Assembly (NCBI GenBank): GCA_020724955.1
Contig: DYFY01000001.1
Span: forward strand, 2,046 to 66,045
Length of the DNA: 64,000 nt
From: Candidatus Parvarchaeum sp.
GTDB taxonomy: Archaea > Nanobdellota > Nanobdellia > Pacearchaeales > GW2011-AR1
Direction of reading: 5' to 3'
The notes below the pieces were generated by a model. The model saw nothing but the letters and a program-made list of their open reading frames with translations, made no database searches and was not told the DNA's origin. How positions within the stretch are numbered: the stretch's first letter is position 1; the number at the start of each line of letters is the position of its first letter. The position numbers were made by a program, and so were the translations under genes. Of the stretch, positions 19,513 through 29,273 are shown one piece after another.

Positions 19513-20739
19513 TTAGTAATAACTTTCCCCGATTTCTTCTTTTGTTTCAGGTTTTCTTGTCAGCAGCACTATAAGCACTATCAACAGCACAACGAAGATT
19601 ATTGCAAGAACGACTGTAAGCAATACAGCTGCATTTCCTGCGATGTTTCTTCCTTCCACATTTGCTGTGAAGACTGCACTGTCAATAATCTGCCCTTCAG
19701 ATTCAACATTTACTGTAAACTGATGAGTCCCTTCTTCAGAAGAGGAGACATCAAATCTTACAGACTGGCTTGAACCTGCAGGAACAACCACTACTGTGTC
19801 TGCGAGGTCAACATTCAAGGAACTGTCAGCGTTTACAACCAAGTTGTAAACTTTTATGCTGTTTCCTGTGTTAACTACAGTCATAGTGTATGTTTGTGTT
19901 TCTCCTGCTGCAAATGTCTTGCTTTCTTGAGATTTTACCACCTGGCTTCCTGCCTTAGAAACAAAGATTTTCTTTGTCGCCAGGCTGGATGTTTCGGAGT
20001 TGTAGGCTTCAAACTCTATTGTGTAGAGCCCTTCGGCTGCGTTCTCCGGTATTTTCAGGTAGATTCTTCTCTCAGCTGAGTCTTCAAAGTCAGGGTCTGA
20101 AGTGTCAACTACAGACAGGTCACCGAAGTAGACTGTTTTGCTTATCCCCAATGTAGGGATTCTTGCAATAACATAGTTGTCTTCAGCTTTGTGTCTTCCT
20201 CTGTTCTTGAGGATTACATCAATAGCTAGGTTTTCTCCTGCTTTGACTTCAGGCTCATTCTCTATTGAGAGAATCTCCAGCAAGTCATTTTCACTCTGGA
20301 CGACCAAGTCAATTGTCTGGGTAGCAAGAACTCCGCTTCTTCCTTCTACAGAAATTCTTAATGCAAACTTCTCATTGAAGTCTACATCAAAAGGCACTTG
20401 CATACTCAGTCTTCTGTTGTACGTGTGGCCGTTTCCAAGGACATCGAACTCTTCAGTTTCAACCACATATCCGCTTTTTCCAATAAGTTTTGCTTCAACA
20501 ATTACATCACTTACTGTATTGGCGAGATTTGAAGTAAAAACTACTTCGATATCCATGTTTTCTCCTGCTGTAACTGTAGGAATTCTGTTCTGTCCAGTTG
20601 CAGTGTATTGAGCATTTACACCTATTCTGTCTATAACAACAGACTGGGCGCTAACGCTCGCCGAGAAAACAAACACCAGTGCAAAAACTGCTACAAGTGA
20701 AACCAAAAATTTCATTGATTTCATTGTTTTCGTTTTCAT
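19513..20739 (-). CDS. Secreted, membrane-anchored cell-surface protein with beta-rich repeats
   Basis: N-terminal signal peptide (FLVSLVAVFALVFVFSASVSAQS), Thr/Val-rich beta repeats, and a C-terminal TM anchor (AVLLTVVLAIIFVVLLIVLIVLL) followed by an acidic tail. Confidence 0.55.
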   Translation of the reverse strand: MKTKTMKSMKFLVSLVAVFALVFVFSASVSAQSVVIDRIGVNAQYTATGQNRIPTVTAGENMDIEVVFTSNLANTVSDVIVEAKLIGKSGYVVETEEFDVLGNGHTYNRRLSMQVPFDVDFNEKFALRISVEGRSGVLATQTIDLVVQSENDLLEILSIENEPEVKAGENLAIDVILKNRGRHKAEDNYVIARIPTLGISKTVYFGDLSVVDTSDPDFEDSAERRIYLKIPENAAEGLYTIEFEAYNSETSSLATKKIFVSKAGSQVVKSQESKTFAAGETQTYTMTVVNTGNSIKVYNLVVNADSSLNVDLADTVVVVPAGSSQSVRFDVSSSEEGTHQFTVNVESEGQIIDSAVFTANVEGRNIAGNAAVLLTVVLAIIFVVLLIVLIVLLTRKPETKEEIGESYY

Positions 20740-20853
20740 TTTATTTAGTTAAAAAGACAACAAAAGCGGGCTTTATAAACTTTACGATGATAACAAAAAT
20801 AAGTAATTTGAAAGTAACAAAAGGTATAAATAGGTGTCTTTTGGTATACTGCA

Positions 20854-21096
20854 ATGGGAAAAGAAAATACTGTAACAACCATAAAACTGGAGAGAAAAAC
20901 TAAAGAGAGAATAGACAGGCTGAAAGTTTACAGAAGAGAGACATATGATGAAGTTTTGAACAATATTTTGAACATACTCAACATATGCAGAATCAATCCT
21001 GAACAGGCGCGTTTAAATCTTAGGAAGATAGACGCTTCAAGGAAGGAAAGAACTTCTTCTGAACTGCAAAAATCTAAAGTTTCTGGACAATCTTAA
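20854..21096 (+). CDS. Hypothetical small basic protein, possibly RHH-like
   Basis: 80-aa ORF. TIKLERKTKERIDRLKVYRRETYDEVLNNIL looks like a strand-helix-helix arrangement. Its 3' end overlaps nfo convergently. Confidence 0.3.
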   Translation: MGKENTVTTIKLERKTKERIDRLKVYRRETYDEVLNNILNILNICRINPEQARLNLRKIDASRKERTSSELQKSKVSGQS

Positions 21097-21841
21097 GCGC
21101 TTCGATGCAGTCATTCAGCATTGTCGGACTCTCATTGATTATCACAATATCTTTGCCTTTAGGCAGGTTGCTGAAAAGGTCAAGCCATTCTTTTTTTTCT
21201 GTTGTTTTGTGTCTCTTTTCCCCCTTTTCTCCGTATATAATTCCTGAAAAATGTACGTGCCATTTTTTTTGGGGAAAAAGCCTTCTGATTTTTCCGTAAT
21301 CAACTTCTTTTTCTCTTGCTAATATGTGGGCAAAGTCTATGCAGAAGTCGCAGCCTGTGTCTTTTACCAAAGAGGATATTTCTTCAGCACTCCCAAAGAC
21401 GTTGATTTTTCCCATTGTTTCTGGAGCCAGCTTTATTTTCCAGTTTTTTTTCTTAATCTCTGCCATTAGTTCATTAATTCCTTCTTTTATGTTATTGTAA
21501 GATTCTTCCCTGTTTTTTCCGTAATATCCAGGATGAAAAACCACTCTTTCGGCTCCGAGCCATTCTCCGACTTCACAGCAGCCAAGTATTCTGGATTTTG
21601 TGGCTTCTCTTTTTGACTTTTCAGAAGAATTTAAATTCACGTAATAGGGGGCGTGGATGCTCAGGCTGATTCCGAGCTCTTTTGCTTTTTTCCCAATCTT
21701 TTCGGCGTCTTCTTTATTTTTTATGTAAATTCCGTAAGTGAAAGCTATTTCGCATGCTTTGAACCCCAACGAGTTGTATTTTTCCAGAGTTTCAACAGCG
21801 GCTTTTACGCTTCCCAGCCCGGCAGGGCCTATTTTTACCTG
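21074..21841 (-). CDS. nfo: Endonuclease IV (AP endonuclease family 2, TIM barrel)
   Basis: HAPYYVNL, VFHPGYY, LAPETMGK, CIDFAHI and HVHFSG match the Endo IV metal-ligand blocks. Start is at the internal Met (MQVKIGPAG). Confidence 0.7.
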   Translation of the reverse strand, partial: QVKIGPAGLGSVKAAVETLEKYNSLGFKACEIAFTYGIYIKNKEDAEKIGKKAKELGISLSIHAPYYVNLNSSEKSKREATKSRILGCCEVGEWLGAERVVFHPGYYGKNREESYNNIKEGINELMAEIKKKNWKIKLAPETMGKINVFGSAEEISSLVKDTGCDFCIDFAHILAREKEVDYGKIRRLFPQKKWHVHFSGIIYGEKGEKRHKTTEKKEWLDLFSNLPKGKDIVIINESPTMLNDCIEALKIVQKL

Positions 21842-21887
21842 CATGAAAGAAAAAAACAAAGAGGCTTAATAAAACCTTTTCTGTAAT

Positions 21888-22070
21888 GAGTATCTCCGAT
21901 AGACAGGAAATGGGGGTAAAAATAATGAAATCTGATAACTTTAATCAAGTTAGGAATTCTTGTTAATTCATTAATTCTTGATTTTTAATACTAATTATCC
22001 AAAAAATAAACTATTTTGATACAAAATCTGAGTTTAATTCTTCAGTTAGAAAAACTCATCGGAGATACTC
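21888..22070. repeat. MITE-like element, copy A (~183 bp), with 13-bp perfect terminal inverted repeats
   Basis: The element starts GAGTATCTCCGAT and ends ATCGGAGATACTC. Its first ~75 bp are about 85% identical to 25888-25962, and it shares the downstream gagtttaattcttca block with that copy. Confidence 0.5.
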
Positions 22071-22133
22071 GTAATTTTACCTTGTTGTGTTTTATAGATG
22101 CAATTGCCTGACGATTGGCAAGCCCTATAATTT

Positions 22134-22580
22134 TTAAAGAAGGTTTTTTTCAACCTCATCAAGATTGTCTAAGATATATTCATGCAGTTTTCTTATGAAC
22201 AAATCCTGTATGTTTTCTTTCAGTATCCCGTGGCATTTAGAAATGTCCTTTTCAGGATGAGATAATACCCCTACTTCATAAAGGCAAGTCATGCTTGAGC
22301 CTTCAAACTCTCTCAACCTGATGTCCCCTTCTTTTGCCTGCAGAAGAACAACCTCTATCTCACAAAGATTTCCGGCTTCTTTTCCTTTTATTATATATTT
22401 CCATGACGCCTCGGGTTTTTCGCTGATGTAGCTTCCCTTTATGCATTTCTGCATTATGCTGTTATAACAATCCAAATCTTCACATGTTTTTCCTGCGCCG
22501 AAAAAGAAATATACTCCCAACGCGATGATTACAACAAGGGCTATGACGACAACAACCTCTTTTACCCTCTTTCCTCTCAT
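22134..22580 (-). CDS. Membrane-anchored hypothetical protein
   Basis: N-terminal TM (VVVIALVVIIALGVYFFF) followed by a Cys-containing soluble domain. Confidence 0.4.
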   Translation of the reverse strand: MRGKRVKEVVVVIALVVIIALGVYFFFGAGKTCEDLDCYNSIMQKCIKGSYISEKPEASWKYIIKGKEAGNLCEIEVVLLQAKEGDIRLREFEGSSMTCLYEVGVLSHPEKDISKCHGILKENIQDLFIRKLHEYILDNLDEVEKNLL

Positions 22581-22635
22581 AAACTAAGTAGAAATATCTT
22601 ATATTTAAATATATAGTCAAGTCAAATCCGGCATT

Positions 22636-23793
22636 TTAAAAACTTACGAGTTTGACCTTGGAATCTTTTACATATGCAAAGTTGTTTGCGCCTAAATATG
22701 AAACTCCTTTTTCATCGCAGGCTTTTATTAAGGATGATGTTGCGGGCCCGTCCACCAGAACTGCGCTTATTTTCTTTCTTGATCTTGCCAAAGCCCCTGA
22801 GGCAGTGCTTGAGGAAATTTTTTTTACTTCGTTGAGGCCTGCGTCCAGAAAAACAGCATTTCTGGTGCCTTTTATTTCATCATATTTTTTCTTAAGCTCT
22901 GACTTAGTGTCTCCGCTGAATTCCTCGACGTCTTCTTCAGCCTCTTCATAGGTTTTTGAATATCCGTCATTGGCTGAGCCGTTCCTTCTTAGAAATTCAC
23001 CTGCCGGAATTTTTTTTCTCAAACTCATGAGAATTTCTTTTCCTGTCAGTTCTTCAACCTCTTTTCCGTCGGGCGCAACTGCAACGTATGCGACTTTGGC
23101 GTTTTCAATTACGTTTTTTGCAATTAGCTTTCCTCCTCTATCTCCATCTACAAATAAAGTTATTTCTTTTTCGTTCCCAAGGACTGCAATCTCTTTTGGA
23201 AGCTTGGTTCCATTCATGCCTACCACGTTGTTTACCCTGTTTTTCAGCAGGTTGACCACATCGGCTCTGCCCTCAACTACTATTATTTCGTCTCCTGACA
23301 AATCCCCTGCAGGAAGCTTTTCTTCTCCATATTCCTGTATTTTTGAAACTCTTGACTCTTCTTTTAGAGTTCTTGAGATTCTGGAATCTCCCCCTCCTTC
23401 AAGACCCTCGAGCAGTTTTTTTGCCCTGTCAATAATGTAATCTCTTTTGCTTCCTCTTACATCTTCAATTTTTGTGACTTCTATTCTTGCTTCTGTTGGT
23501 CCGATTCTGTCAATTGTCTCAAGTGTTGCTGCAATTATAGTAGTCTCGGATTTGTCCAAGGCGCTTGGAAGCTTGATTTCTCCCACTGATTTTCCATCAA
23601 CAGTGTTTAATTCAACTTCAATTCTTCCTATTTTGCCTTCTTTTTGAAGCTCACGCATTTCCAAGTCACTGCCAAGAAGCCCTTCAGTCTGCCCAAAAAT
23701 AGCTCCTATGACATCAGGCTTTTCAACCGGCCCCTCAGACCTAAAAGTAGCATAAATCATGTATTTTACCGAAACAGGGCTTATTTTTGCCAT
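22636..23793 (-). CDS. dnaG: Archaeal DnaG-like primase (TOPRIM)
   Basis: N-terminal VIGAIFGQTEGLLGSDLEMRELQKEGKIGRI is typical of archaeal DnaG. TOPRIM block VVEGRADVVNLL...GMNGT...FVDGDRGG. Confidence 0.8.
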   Translation of the reverse strand: MAKISPVSVKYMIYATFRSEGPVEKPDVIGAIFGQTEGLLGSDLEMRELQKEGKIGRIEVELNTVDGKSVGEIKLPSALDKSETTIIAATLETIDRIGPTEARIEVTKIEDVRGSKRDYIIDRAKKLLEGLEGGGDSRISRTLKEESRVSKIQEYGEEKLPAGDLSGDEIIVVEGRADVVNLLKNRVNNVVGMNGTKLPKEIAVLGNEKEITLFVDGDRGGKLIAKNVIENAKVAYVAVAPDGKEVEELTGKEILMSLRKKIPAGEFLRRNGSANDGYSKTYEEAEEDVEEFSGDTKSELKKKYDEIKGTRNAVFLDAGLNEVKKISSSTASGALARSRKKISAVLVDGPATSSLIKACDEKGVSYLGANNFAYVKDSKVKLVSF

Positions 23794-24086
23794 TTTTACT
23801 ATTCACTTTATCAGAAAGAATTTTTCTTTTTCGCGCTCTTCAGACTTATAATCTCTTCTCGCTTTCCAGGGCTAACAACTCCCCGGGACGTGAATGTGAT
23901 TGTTATTATGAAGGTGAATTATGAAATAATTCTTTCCTTAGTGATGTTGTTATCAACATCCTCTCCTTTATAAAACTTTGGGCTTGTTTGGCTTTACCCG
24001 AATAGTTTTTGGAAAGTCTTGGTTTTCTGGCAGAAATTATAATTTTTCTTTTAACTCGCGGGAATAATCCACATACAAATAGTAGC

Positions 24087-24440
24087 CTAGTTATTTGAAG
24101 TATTTTGTATAGACTCTCTGAGCCTTTGCTGGCTAAATCTTATTCTTTCTTCAATTTTTTCGTCTGATAGCGAGCTTTCTGGAGAGAACTTTAATGCTAG
24201 GAGATAGTATTCAATGGCTGTTTCATGTAATTGTGGATATCCTATTTTTTCTGCCATTCTTGCCATTGTACAAGCTATGTTATTATGATCGGTTCTGCTT
24301 CTGGAGTTGGCAGGTATTGCTGTGTAATGTTCCAACGCTCTGAATGTTTGCCCGCCATAGAAAAATCTGTCTCCTACTAATCTGTTTAGTTCACGCAATT
24401 CAGCTAATGCGGTTTGGAATTCTAAGGTTCCTGATGTCAT
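24087..24440 (-). CDS. Hypothetical protein
   Basis: 117-aa ORF with no recognisable motif. Confidence 0.35.
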   Translation of the reverse strand: MTSGTLEFQTALAELRELNRLVGDRFFYGGQTFRALEHYTAIPANSRSRTDHNNIACTMARMAEKIGYPQLHETAIEYYLLALKFSPESSLSDEKIEERIRFSQQRLRESIQNTSNN

Positions 24441-24626
24441 AGAAAATTAACTTTCAGTTCACTTTTAAGTCTTTTGTTCGCCTTTTTGTCAAGATGGATA
24501 AACGCCCGGACCAGGCTCAAGAAAAAAGTTTCTCAGTTGGGACCTATGTACCAACTTTATGTTTATTCCATTGGTTTTTCTTGAATGTACTTTATGACTA
24601 TTCAGTGTTGCCTAACAAAGAGTATA

Positions 24627-25601
24627 CTACTCTATTAAGTCAACTTTTATTCCACGTTCATTTATTCTTCTTTGTTCTTCCAAAAATGACTTATAATTCG
24701 AATCAGATTCGCTTAATGTATTTATGAAACCATTAACTACATAATGGGGATCAATATATCTAAACTTCTTTCTTAAATCAAACTGAGGGTTATTTCTATT
24801 TTCAACTAATTTTAATCGAGGTCTTTCCAAAATAGATAACACCTTACTAACCTCATCAATTCCACCATCTCTAAGTTTTGCAATAAGGTGTTCATCTTTT
24901 TGATAAAAGTCTTCTGGATTAACAACTCCTTCAGATAAGCCTGCTTTCAAGGCTCTAGCAAGTAGTTCCCATCTAACAGTACACTCTGCTCCGCCCCAAT
25001 GCTCCTTCTGACATTTAGCGTAAGCATATGCAAATTTTTTAGCAGAATCTTTATTTCTAAATGCAATTTGTCCATTATGATTAACTAAATCGTCAATACA
25101 TTGTGTCACAATTTTCGGATCAGCCCAAGTATGGAACTCTCTTAATGAATAATCAATTCTATCAGCACATAAATAGGGGGCAGGTCTTTCTAGCAACCCA
25201 TATTGTTTGACATCAGTAACTTTATCAGAATCCAGACCATGTTTATGTAATATTTCAGGGATAGTTGAAAGAGATACCACTCGTTGTAAATTCTTATCTT
25301 GATGGTCTTCTTTCTCTCTGTCTCCCATAACCCAATCAACTAGATGTGAAAAAGCAGTATGCGAAACGTCATGAATTAACCCGGCAGCCTGTTCTTCAAC
25401 ATCTGCCCCTAACTTTCTAAGGACTAACATAACTCCCACAGAGTGTTCATATCTGCTAAATCCTGGATAAGGGTAGAATCTTTGCGGCATTCCAAATTGA
25501 TGTATTCCTTTTAGCCTTTGAATGGCTGGAGATTCTATTAATTCCGTTAAAACTGGCTCAGATATTTCTACAGGGCCATAAATGCGATCATCTATCTGCA
25601 T
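24627..25601 (-). CDS. HD-domain phosphohydrolase, dGTPase/SAMHD1-like
   Basis: N-terminal IDDRIYGPVEI...AIQRLKGIHQFG...YEHSVGV and HD motif IHDVSHTAFSH. Confidence 0.6.
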   Translation of the reverse strand: MQIDDRIYGPVEISEPVLTELIESPAIQRLKGIHQFGMPQRFYPYPGFSRYEHSVGVMLVLRKLGADVEEQAAGLIHDVSHTAFSHLVDWVMGDREKEDHQDKNLQRVVSLSTIPEILHKHGLDSDKVTDVKQYGLLERPAPYLCADRIDYSLREFHTWADPKIVTQCIDDLVNHNGQIAFRNKDSAKKFAYAYAKCQKEHWGGAECTVRWELLARALKAGLSEGVVNPEDFYQKDEHLIAKLRDGGIDEVSKVLSILERPRLKLVENRNNPQFDLRKKFRYIDPHYVVNGFINTLSESDSNYKSFLEEQRRINERGIKVDLIE

Positions 25602-25757
25602 AAATCTTTTCGTAATTAATCTTTTATAATGATTATTGTATTGTAAATTATCTCACTTAGCAAATTCTAATTGAGACATTCAAGATCTGTTGACTTACAG
25701 AAGAAATCGGTAAACTCCCCTTTTAATTAAATAGGTTTTTGTTCTCGGTGAAAAACA

Positions 25758-25840
25758 CGCCCGGACCAGGATTCGAACCTGGGAATCCGTGAGGAAACGG
25801 GTTCTCCAAACCCGCGCCGTAACCGCTGGGCCATCCGGGC
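25758..25840 (-). tRNA. tRNA-Ser(GGA), class II
   Basis: Reverse complement is GCCCGGA..GGGTT-TGGAGAA-AACCC..long variable arm..CCAGG-TTCGAAT-CCTGG-TCCGGGC-G. Anticodon GGA. Near-identical acceptor and T arms to tRNA-Ser(GCT). Confidence 0.85.
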
Positions 25841-25887
25841 ATAATTGATGGAAAGAAGGAATGCTTTTAAAGATTTTTAGCTTGGAA

Positions 25888-26070
25888 GTATCTCAGATAG
25901 ACAGGAAATAAAGGCAAAAATATGAAATCTGATAACTCTATCAAGATAGAAGTTTTTGTTAATAAGCTGATTGCTAATTTTGATGATAATTATCTAAGTC
26001 ATCTGTTGTTTGGAGAATGAAGTTAGAGTTTAATTCTTCAAATTATCCTATGAGCAAGCCATCTCAGATT
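25888..26070. repeat. MITE-like element, copy B, immediately 5' of tRNA-Ser(GGA)
   Basis: Shares agtatctcAgatagacaggaaat...atgaaatctgataact...ttgttaat and gagtttaattcttca with copy A. Termini carry the near-palindromic ATCTCAGAT motif. Confidence 0.45.
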
Positions 26071-26075
26071 TATTG

Positions 26076-26630
26076 TTAATTATTTATGACAGAGCTGATT
26101 TCAAGTTTCAGAAATTCATGCAAGGCATCCAGGCTTGCATTCCGAAGCCTGTTTTTCACTTCTTCTTTTGATTTGCAGTCCGAGATATTGATTTTTTGCT
26201 GAAAAAGAATTCTTCCAGTGTCTATGCCTTTGTCTATCAAATGGAATGTAAATCCGGAGATTTTCGCTTTTGAGTTGAAGGCTTCCTCATGCGGGAATGC
26301 TCCTGGGAAATCCGGCAAATACGAGAGATGGAGATTTATTAGTTTATTCTTGTATTGTTCAAGCAGTTCCTGAGAAACTATCAAACGATTGTATCCTGCC
26401 GCCATTATCAAATCCGGAGAGATTTTGTCCAGTTCGGATTTTATTGCCGAGTCATGAGCGATGCGGTTTATGAAAGATTGATGGGGAATCACTTTAAGCG
26501 GAATGTTTAAAGAGGCGCAGATGAATTTGATTTTGGCTGAAGGAATGTTTGAAATTACAAGGGCAAGGTTTTCAGTTCTCGCTATGGATTCTATGTATTC
26601 CGGCTCTGACGTCAGGAGAGCTAACTTCAT
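26076..26630 (-). CDS. Formyltransferase, PurN-like (GAR transformylase family)
   Basis: INLHLSYLPDFPG and GFTFHLIDKGIDTGRIL resemble the PurN catalytic blocks INIHPSLLP and GCTVHFV..D.GPII. 184 aa. The N-terminal glycine motif is degenerate. Confidence 0.55.
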   Translation of the reverse strand: MKLALLTSEPEYIESIARTENLALVISNIPSAKIKFICASLNIPLKVIPHQSFINRIAHDSAIKSELDKISPDLIMAAGYNRLIVSQELLEQYKNKLINLHLSYLPDFPGAFPHEEAFNSKAKISGFTFHLIDKGIDTGRILFQQKINISDCKSKEEVKNRLRNASLDALHEFLKLEISSVINN

Positions 26631-26680
26631 CTGGTATTGTATTCCAGCACGTTTATAAAATCTGTTCTTTCAAGTTTGGA

Positions 26681-27946
26681 ATGCTTGATGAGAATATTCA
26701 ATATATAGAAAGCCTGAAAAGGTTTGGGATTAGATCAGGGCTTGAGCCTATGAGTAAGCTTCTGGAGCTTTTAGGCAATCCACATAAAAAGTTTAAGAGT
26801 ATTCATGTAGCCGGAACAAATGGGAAAGGAAGCACCACTGCCATGATTTCTAGCATTATAAAAGAAGCAGGCTATAAAGTTGGAGCTTATTTCAGCCCTT
26901 ATCTTTTGAAGTTTAATGAACGGATAGAGATAAATGGGAATCCTATCTCTGATTACGATTTGGAAAGGTTGATTACTAAGGTTAGAAAACATCTGGAGAG
27001 TTCTGATATGGAGGTTACTTTTTTTGAATTTATTACTGCAGTTGCCTTTCTTTATTTCGTCGAACATAAAATAGACATAGCAGTGATTGAAGTTGGACTT
27101 GGAGGAAGGCTGGATGCTACAAATATCACAGATTCTTTAATTTCAGTAATAACCAACATAGGCTCTGACCATCAGCAGATATTAGGGAATACTAAAAGTA
27201 AGATTGCTATCGAGAAAGCAGGAATAATTAAGGAAAAACAGATTTGTATTAGCGCCGAAGAAGACCCAACTATAAAATTAATATTTTCTGAAATTTGCAA
27301 GATAAAAAATACAGAATTGCTTTTTGTTGATGATGTGACTGATTTTAAAATTTTAGAAAATAACTTAGAGCATCAGAAATTTTCGGCTCAGGGAATTTTT
27401 CAAGGAGAGTTTGAGCTCAAACTATTGGGAAATCATCAAGTTAGGAACGCTTTAACTGCATTAATAGTCTGCTCCAAGCTTAATGAGATTTGGAAGCCAA
27501 TACCTCAATCTTCTTGGAATATTGGATTGAAAAAAGCAATGATAAGAGGAAGGCTGGAAGTCATTTCTAAAAATCCTTTGATTATAGTTGATGGAGCCCA
27601 TAATCTTGAGGGGATTTTAGCTTTGAAGAGATTTATTTTAGGTTTAAGCAAGAGGAAGGTTTTGATTATGGGAGTCTCTAATGACAAGGATAGTTTTGAA
27701 ATGGTTAAGGAGCTTGCTCCTTTATTTGAGGTATTTGTTGCGACAGAAGGAAAATATAAACCAAAGCCTATTTTGGAATTGGTTGAAGAAGCTGAAAGAT
27801 TTTGTAATAATGTTTATTCTTTTAAAGAGCCTTTAGATGCTTTGAAGAAATCTCTTGAATTAGCCAGCAAAGATGAAATGATTTTAGCTACTGGCTCGCT
27901 GTACATGATTCCTGAAATTATTAAGTTTTTTGATAAAGCCGGATAG
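26681..27946 (+). CDS. folC: Folylpolyglutamate synthase / dihydrofolate synthase (Mur ligase family)
   Basis: HVAGTNGKGST P-loop. Start moved to the internal ATG at 26681 (MLDENIQYIESL); the track ORF start at 26549 would overlap the divergent purN-like gene. Confidence 0.8.
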   Translation: MLDENIQYIESLKRFGIRSGLEPMSKLLELLGNPHKKFKSIHVAGTNGKGSTTAMISSIIKEAGYKVGAYFSPYLLKFNERIEINGNPISDYDLERLITKVRKHLESSDMEVTFFEFITAVAFLYFVEHKIDIAVIEVGLGGRLDATNITDSLISVITNIGSDHQQILGNTKSKIAIEKAGIIKEKQICISAEEDPTIKLIFSEICKIKNTELLFVDDVTDFKILENNLEHQKFSAQGIFQGEFELKLLGNHQVRNALTALIVCSKLNEIWKPIPQSSWNIGLKKAMIRGRLEVISKNPLIIVDGAHNLEGILALKRFILGLSKRKVLIMGVSNDKDSFEMVKELAPLFEVFVATEGKYKPKPILELVEEAERFCNNVYSFKEPLDALKKSLELASKDEMILATGSLYMIPEIIKFFDKAG

Positions 27947-28031
27947 ACTTTATTTATTGAGCTAGAGATTTTAACAACGGGTTAGATGTGAGCTGCGTTG
28001 CCACAATTATTATAAGCCTTGCGTTTCTTGC

Positions 28032-29273
28032 TTGGAGATGGAAAGTTTGAAGAATTCCGACTTGGAGATTTATTCTTATATTTCTGCTGAATTGGAAAGG
28101 CAGAAAAATGTTTTGAACATGATTCCTTCTGAAAATTATGTTTCTTCAGCTGTTATGGAGGCTTGCGGTTCTGTGTTGATGAACAAGTATGCTGAAGGCT
28201 ATCCCTTTAAGAGATATTATCAGGGAAATAAAAATGTTGATGAAGTTGAAAAAACAGCCATTGAAAGGGCTAAAAAACTTTTTGGAGCTGAGCACGCCAA
28301 TGTCCAGCCTCTTTCTGGAAGCCCTGCCAATGCAGCGGTGTTTTTGGCTTTTTTAAATCCCGGTGATAAATTTATGGGTTTGGACTTGGCTTGCGGAGGA
28401 CATCTAACTCACGGAAGCCCTGTTAATTTTTCCGGAAAGATTTATCACAACATTCCTTACGGAGTTGACAAGGAAACCGGGTTGTTGAATATGGATGAGA
28501 TTAGGGAAATTGCATTAAAAGAAAAACCAAAAATGATTATTTCAGGGCTCACAGCTTATCCAAGAAAAATTGATTTCAGGAAATTTCAGGATATTGCAGA
28601 AGAAGTTGGAGCGATACATGTCGCTGACATTTCTCACGTTGCAGGGCTTGTTGCTTCAGGAGTTTATCCGAGTCCGCTGCCCTTTACAGATATTGTTGTC
28701 ACGACAACACATAAAACCCTGCGCGGACCAAGGGGAGGGCTGATTTTATGTAAGGAGAAGTATGCTAAGCAAATAGACAAGGCTGTTTTTCCAGGGATGC
28801 AGGGCGGCCCTCATGAGAATACAATTGCTGCGAAAGCAGTTGCATTTAAAGAAGCAGACTCTGAAGATTTTAAGAGGTATAGCCTGCAGGTTGTGAAGAA
28901 CGCCAAAACGCTTTCTGAAGCTTTGATGAACGAAGGAATAAAATTGGTAAGCGACGGAACTGACAATCATCTAATTCTTATTGATTTAACCTTTTATGGA
29001 GTCGGGCTCGGAAAAGAAATTGCTGAGGCTTTGGAGGAGGCGGGGATTTGTTTAAATGCCAATACAATTCCTTATGATCCTTCAACGCCTTTTAAGCCGT
29101 CAGGACTTCGCTTGGGAACTCCAATTCTGACAACGCGCGGGATGAAAGAAGAAGAGATGAAGCTTATTGGAAAGTGGATTGCGGATGTTATAAAAGAGCA
29201 TAAAAATCCTGAATTGCTTAAGGAAGTCAGGGATAGAGTCAAAGAACTTTGCGGGAAATTTAGGTTTTATTGA
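28032..29273 (+). CDS. glyA: Serine hydroxymethyltransferase
   Basis: Full-length SHMT pattern: LNMIPSENYVS, the PLP-Lys region TTTHKTLRGPRGG, 413 aa. Confidence 0.9.
   Translation: MEMESLKNSDLEIYSYISAELERQKNVLNMIPSENYVSSAVMEACGSVLMNKYAEGYPFKRYYQGNKNVDEVEKTAIERAKKLFGAEHANVQPLSGSPANAAVFLAFLNPGDKFMGLDLACGGHLTHGSPVNFSGKIYHNIPYGVDKETGLLNMDEIREIALKEKPKMIISGLTAYPRKIDFRKFQDIAEEVGAIHVADISHVAGLVASGVYPSPLPFTDIVVTTTHKTLRGPRGGLILCKEKYAKQIDKAVFPGMQGGPHENTIAAKAVAFKEADSEDFKRYSLQVVKNAKTLSEALMNEGIKLVSDGTDNHLILIDLTFYGVGLGKEIAEALEEAGICLNANTIPYDPSTPFKPSGLRLGTPILTTRGMKEEEMKLIGKWIADVIKEHKNPELLKEVRDRVKELCGKFRFY

Noticed and set aside
22652-23973. Plus-strand ORFs 22652-22951, 22970-23440, 23447-23647 and 23644-23973, antisense to dnaG
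   Set aside because: Their translations are Ser/Phe/Pro-rich nonsense, while the dnaG frame carries the conserved TOPRIM motifs.
23794-24086. Several UGA/GUGAUG-containing stretches suggesting a box C/D sRNA
   Set aside because: No canonical RUGAUGA...CUGA pair with correct spacing and terminal stem could be assembled.
26549-26680. N-terminal 44 codons of the track ORF for folC
   Set aside because: They would overlap the divergently transcribed purN-like gene by 80 bp. The Mur-ligase homology begins at the internal Met at 26681.
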